DNA of 64,000 nt from Dicyema japonicum (lineage: Eukaryota; Animalia; Dicyemida). The stretch covers positions 283,225-347,224 of the forward strand of contig RDEW01000023.1 of NCBI GenBank assembly GCA_011109175.1, read 5' to 3'. The notes beneath the pieces were generated by a model. The model was given only the letters and a program-made list of their open reading frames with translations. It was not told the origin of the DNA and made no database searches. Positions 61,606 to 64,000 of this stretch are shown piece after piece (the stretch's first letter is position 1; each line of letters begins with the position of its first letter). A program made the position numbers and the translations under genes.

Positions 61606-62170
61606 AGGTATGTCAAACTCAAAAAGCATAGGGCCGTAAGATAATTTGAGTATACAAGCGAGCCGCAGTAACAAATCTGAAAATCTTATTGAAGAGTATT
61701 TAATAATTTGTAAGCCTACTACAACTGCTATATTATGTTAATTCTGTACAACGACTAGTATAATAATTGTAATCAAACATTTAAGATTATCTTTTTCACT
61801 ATTTAGTATTTGTCTTAAAGTGCGTATTTTTCATGACAATTTTCGTATATCTGACTAAAATGTATTAGCAGTTCCGATCTTGATCAGGAAAGAGTCAATA
61901 TTGTTCTCTGGTAAGTATTTCTCATCAGTCAGTATTGTTCTCTGAGAAGATTTTGTTGATTTCATGAAGGAAAACAATTGATCACATATAGGCGAATCCG
62001 AACATTTCCATAATCCTCGTTAAAAACTTTCTGAATTTTATTAACTCTTCAGGGAGGTATCGCAGAAAACAGATATCTCTCAACTTCGAGGTATTTTGTT
62101 CTGAGTGTAGAATCAGACTGATTTTCTAAGAGTTTAATCTGCAAGTTTTCATCCTAAAGTTTCATTTTTT
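61606..62170 (-). mobile_element. hAT element end with decayed dimerisation domain
   Basis: caggtatgtcaaact..gggccg..gagccgca terminus; SRLTN-like motif on the minus strand. Confidence 0.55.
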
Positions 62171-62179
62171 TCTTAGCTG

Positions 62180-63460
62180 AAGATGCTATTATAAATGGAG
62201 TCAGTTTGCGCAATGCTTTATAAAGACTATCAATATAATAACTGGCACGATTCCACAAGATACAATTTATTATTGTGTTAAAATTTGTTAAAATTATCGC
62301 CATAATCATTGTCTGTCAATTTGATGCCATTGTCAGAAATCCACTGCTTTTCTCTGGTGGTCTCATTTTCAAAACAAGTGGAATTTTATTGCACGTGTTC
62401 GCTGTGGAAGAAGATGAACAGAAGAGGATATTTATTGAAAATGTTCACCTCAAAAATGGACATCCTGGTCGTGATAGACTTCTTTCTCTTCTAAAGAATC
62501 TAGTCTAGTGGATTTTGCAGAGATAAAGTTATGGTTGTTCTCAGGTCTTGTTCACAATGTCTGGCTTATGAACACTCGACCAACTATAACACCTATCAGA
62601 GCACATACAGTGAGAGAAAGGTATTAGTTAACTATTCTAATTTCAGGTATATTTTTGATTTAGTTGATATACGACACTTCAAATTTCAATGAAAATTTTT
62701 ACTGGCTTTTGGTTGGGTTGGATTTCTTTTCCAAATTTTGCTGGACAAAACCTCTAAAGAGTAAATCGGCTACGGAGGTGCCAAGTGAAATAAAGAGCAT
62801 ATTTTTAATGTTTGGAAAACCTACCATTTTGCACACGGACAATGGCAAGGAATTTGTAAATGAAAAAATGTTCGAGTTATGCTCAACAAATGGTATAAAA
62901 CACGTCACGATACGTCCTAGGTGTCCTTGGGTGCAGGGACAAGTCGAGCGTCTGAATCAGACATTGAAAGTTATGATTTCTTCAATCTGCTTTTCAAAGA
63001 ATTTGAATTTCAAATGGATAGACATAATTGAAGAAATTACAGCATTCAACAACTTTGCACGCTCCTTTTAAATTGATGTTCGGAGCTTCTGCCAATGAAA
63101 CCATAAATAATCATTATTCAGAAGAGGAAATGAATGAAATATTCAAACAAATTGATTCATGGAATGAAGAAACACAAACTGAAGCAACTTAATATCTTGC
63201 ATGGTTTTGGTCATCAAGTGAAACTTCGAGAACAAAAGCAATTTTAAATTCAAACAATCCTGAAAGAAAAATGTTAACAAAAAGAATGTGGAAGAATGAT
63301 ATTTATATTTTAACATCGGTGATCGAGTTGTTAGAAGGGTCTATCTTGATAATAATAAAAAAACACGAAAAAGTGGCTTAAACGAACACATTGATACATT
63401 CATATATCATGTTAAAGGAGTATCTGCCACAGGATTGATTGATCTAGAAGGAGAAGATGG
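62180..63460 (+). mobile_element. Ginger-like integrase remnant with a 26-nt intron
   Basis: HLKNGHPGRD..C, intron 62621-62646, LDFFSKF, LHTDNGKEF, PWVQGQVERLNQTLK. Confidence 0.8.
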
Positions 63461-64000
63461 TGTGTGATTAAATTAAATTATTAACCCCGGCTTCGCCAGC
63501 AAGTGGGAAGCCGGCGACCATCAGAGAGCGTGCAGTCCGGACAGGACGCTCCCAGAGATCCTCGACTTTTGCATCCGGTGGTCCAGGGCAGGGAAAAAGG
63601 TCCCGAACTACTCTGCCAGCCAGGAAAGGGTGGTGTCCACATCGTAGGCGAGCCAGTCCGATTCTGATCTTCCTCGGGAGCGATTGTTCCGTTGGACTGA
63701 TATCAGGGGGGAAGCGCTCCAAGACTTTGTTATATTGAAGTGTCCTAATGGCCCGTGTCGAGATGAAATCATGGATTCGGCGGGTCCAAGTTGAGTCTTC
63801 TTGAGGGGGGGTGATCTTCGACAAGGCTCTTTGTAGGTCAAAGAGGGTCCTGCGTATGTATCTGCGGTTATTGTTACTTAGCAGAGCGTGAACTGGGTGA
63901 TTCGGGTCGAACGACTGCCGTAGGAATTGTAAATTACGCATTTCCAGGTGGTCATAGAGCGGGAGGATTTTCGACTCCCAATGTAAATGGTCGGTGGGGG
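63455..64000 (-). mobile_element. Vingi-like LINE 3' end
   Basis: HPVHALL, LARLRCGHHPFL, DLWERP; ggggttaataa tail; no RNase H between the RT-linked region and the C-terminus. Confidence 0.8.

Overview
AT-rich eukaryotic nuclear DNA, mostly fragmented and nested transposable elements. Non-LTR families are Vingi/Ingi-like, RTE-like, CRE-like, R4/Dong-like and one I/Jockey-like LINE. DNA transposons are hAT/Buster, Tc1/IS630, pogo and Ginger-like integrase elements, and there is a tRNA-derived SINE. Small islands of host genes lie between them: COQ5, FAF2/UBXD8-like, a PGRMC-type cytochrome b5 protein, a short intronless OFD1-like gene with an RFX X-box, a damaged TTC5, a 112-aa orphan, and possibly a small secreted Cys-rich peptide. 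The ORF track misses most of these because they are split by miniature spliceosomal introns (18 of 19 introns in the intact genes are 21-29 nt), several at positions matching animal orthologues as I recall them. This suggests a ciliated, intron-miniaturised animal such as a dicyemid, which is inference only. The most notable signal is a co-varying HDV/Pr77-like double-pseudoknot at the 5' end of the Vingi-like LINEs, followed by a 2A (StopGo) peptide, plus a 348-bp non-autonomous element carrying the same fold and bounded by a 16-bp TSD. No rRNA, intact tRNA or CRISPR array was seen. Many TE boundaries are approximate and all homology calls are by eye.
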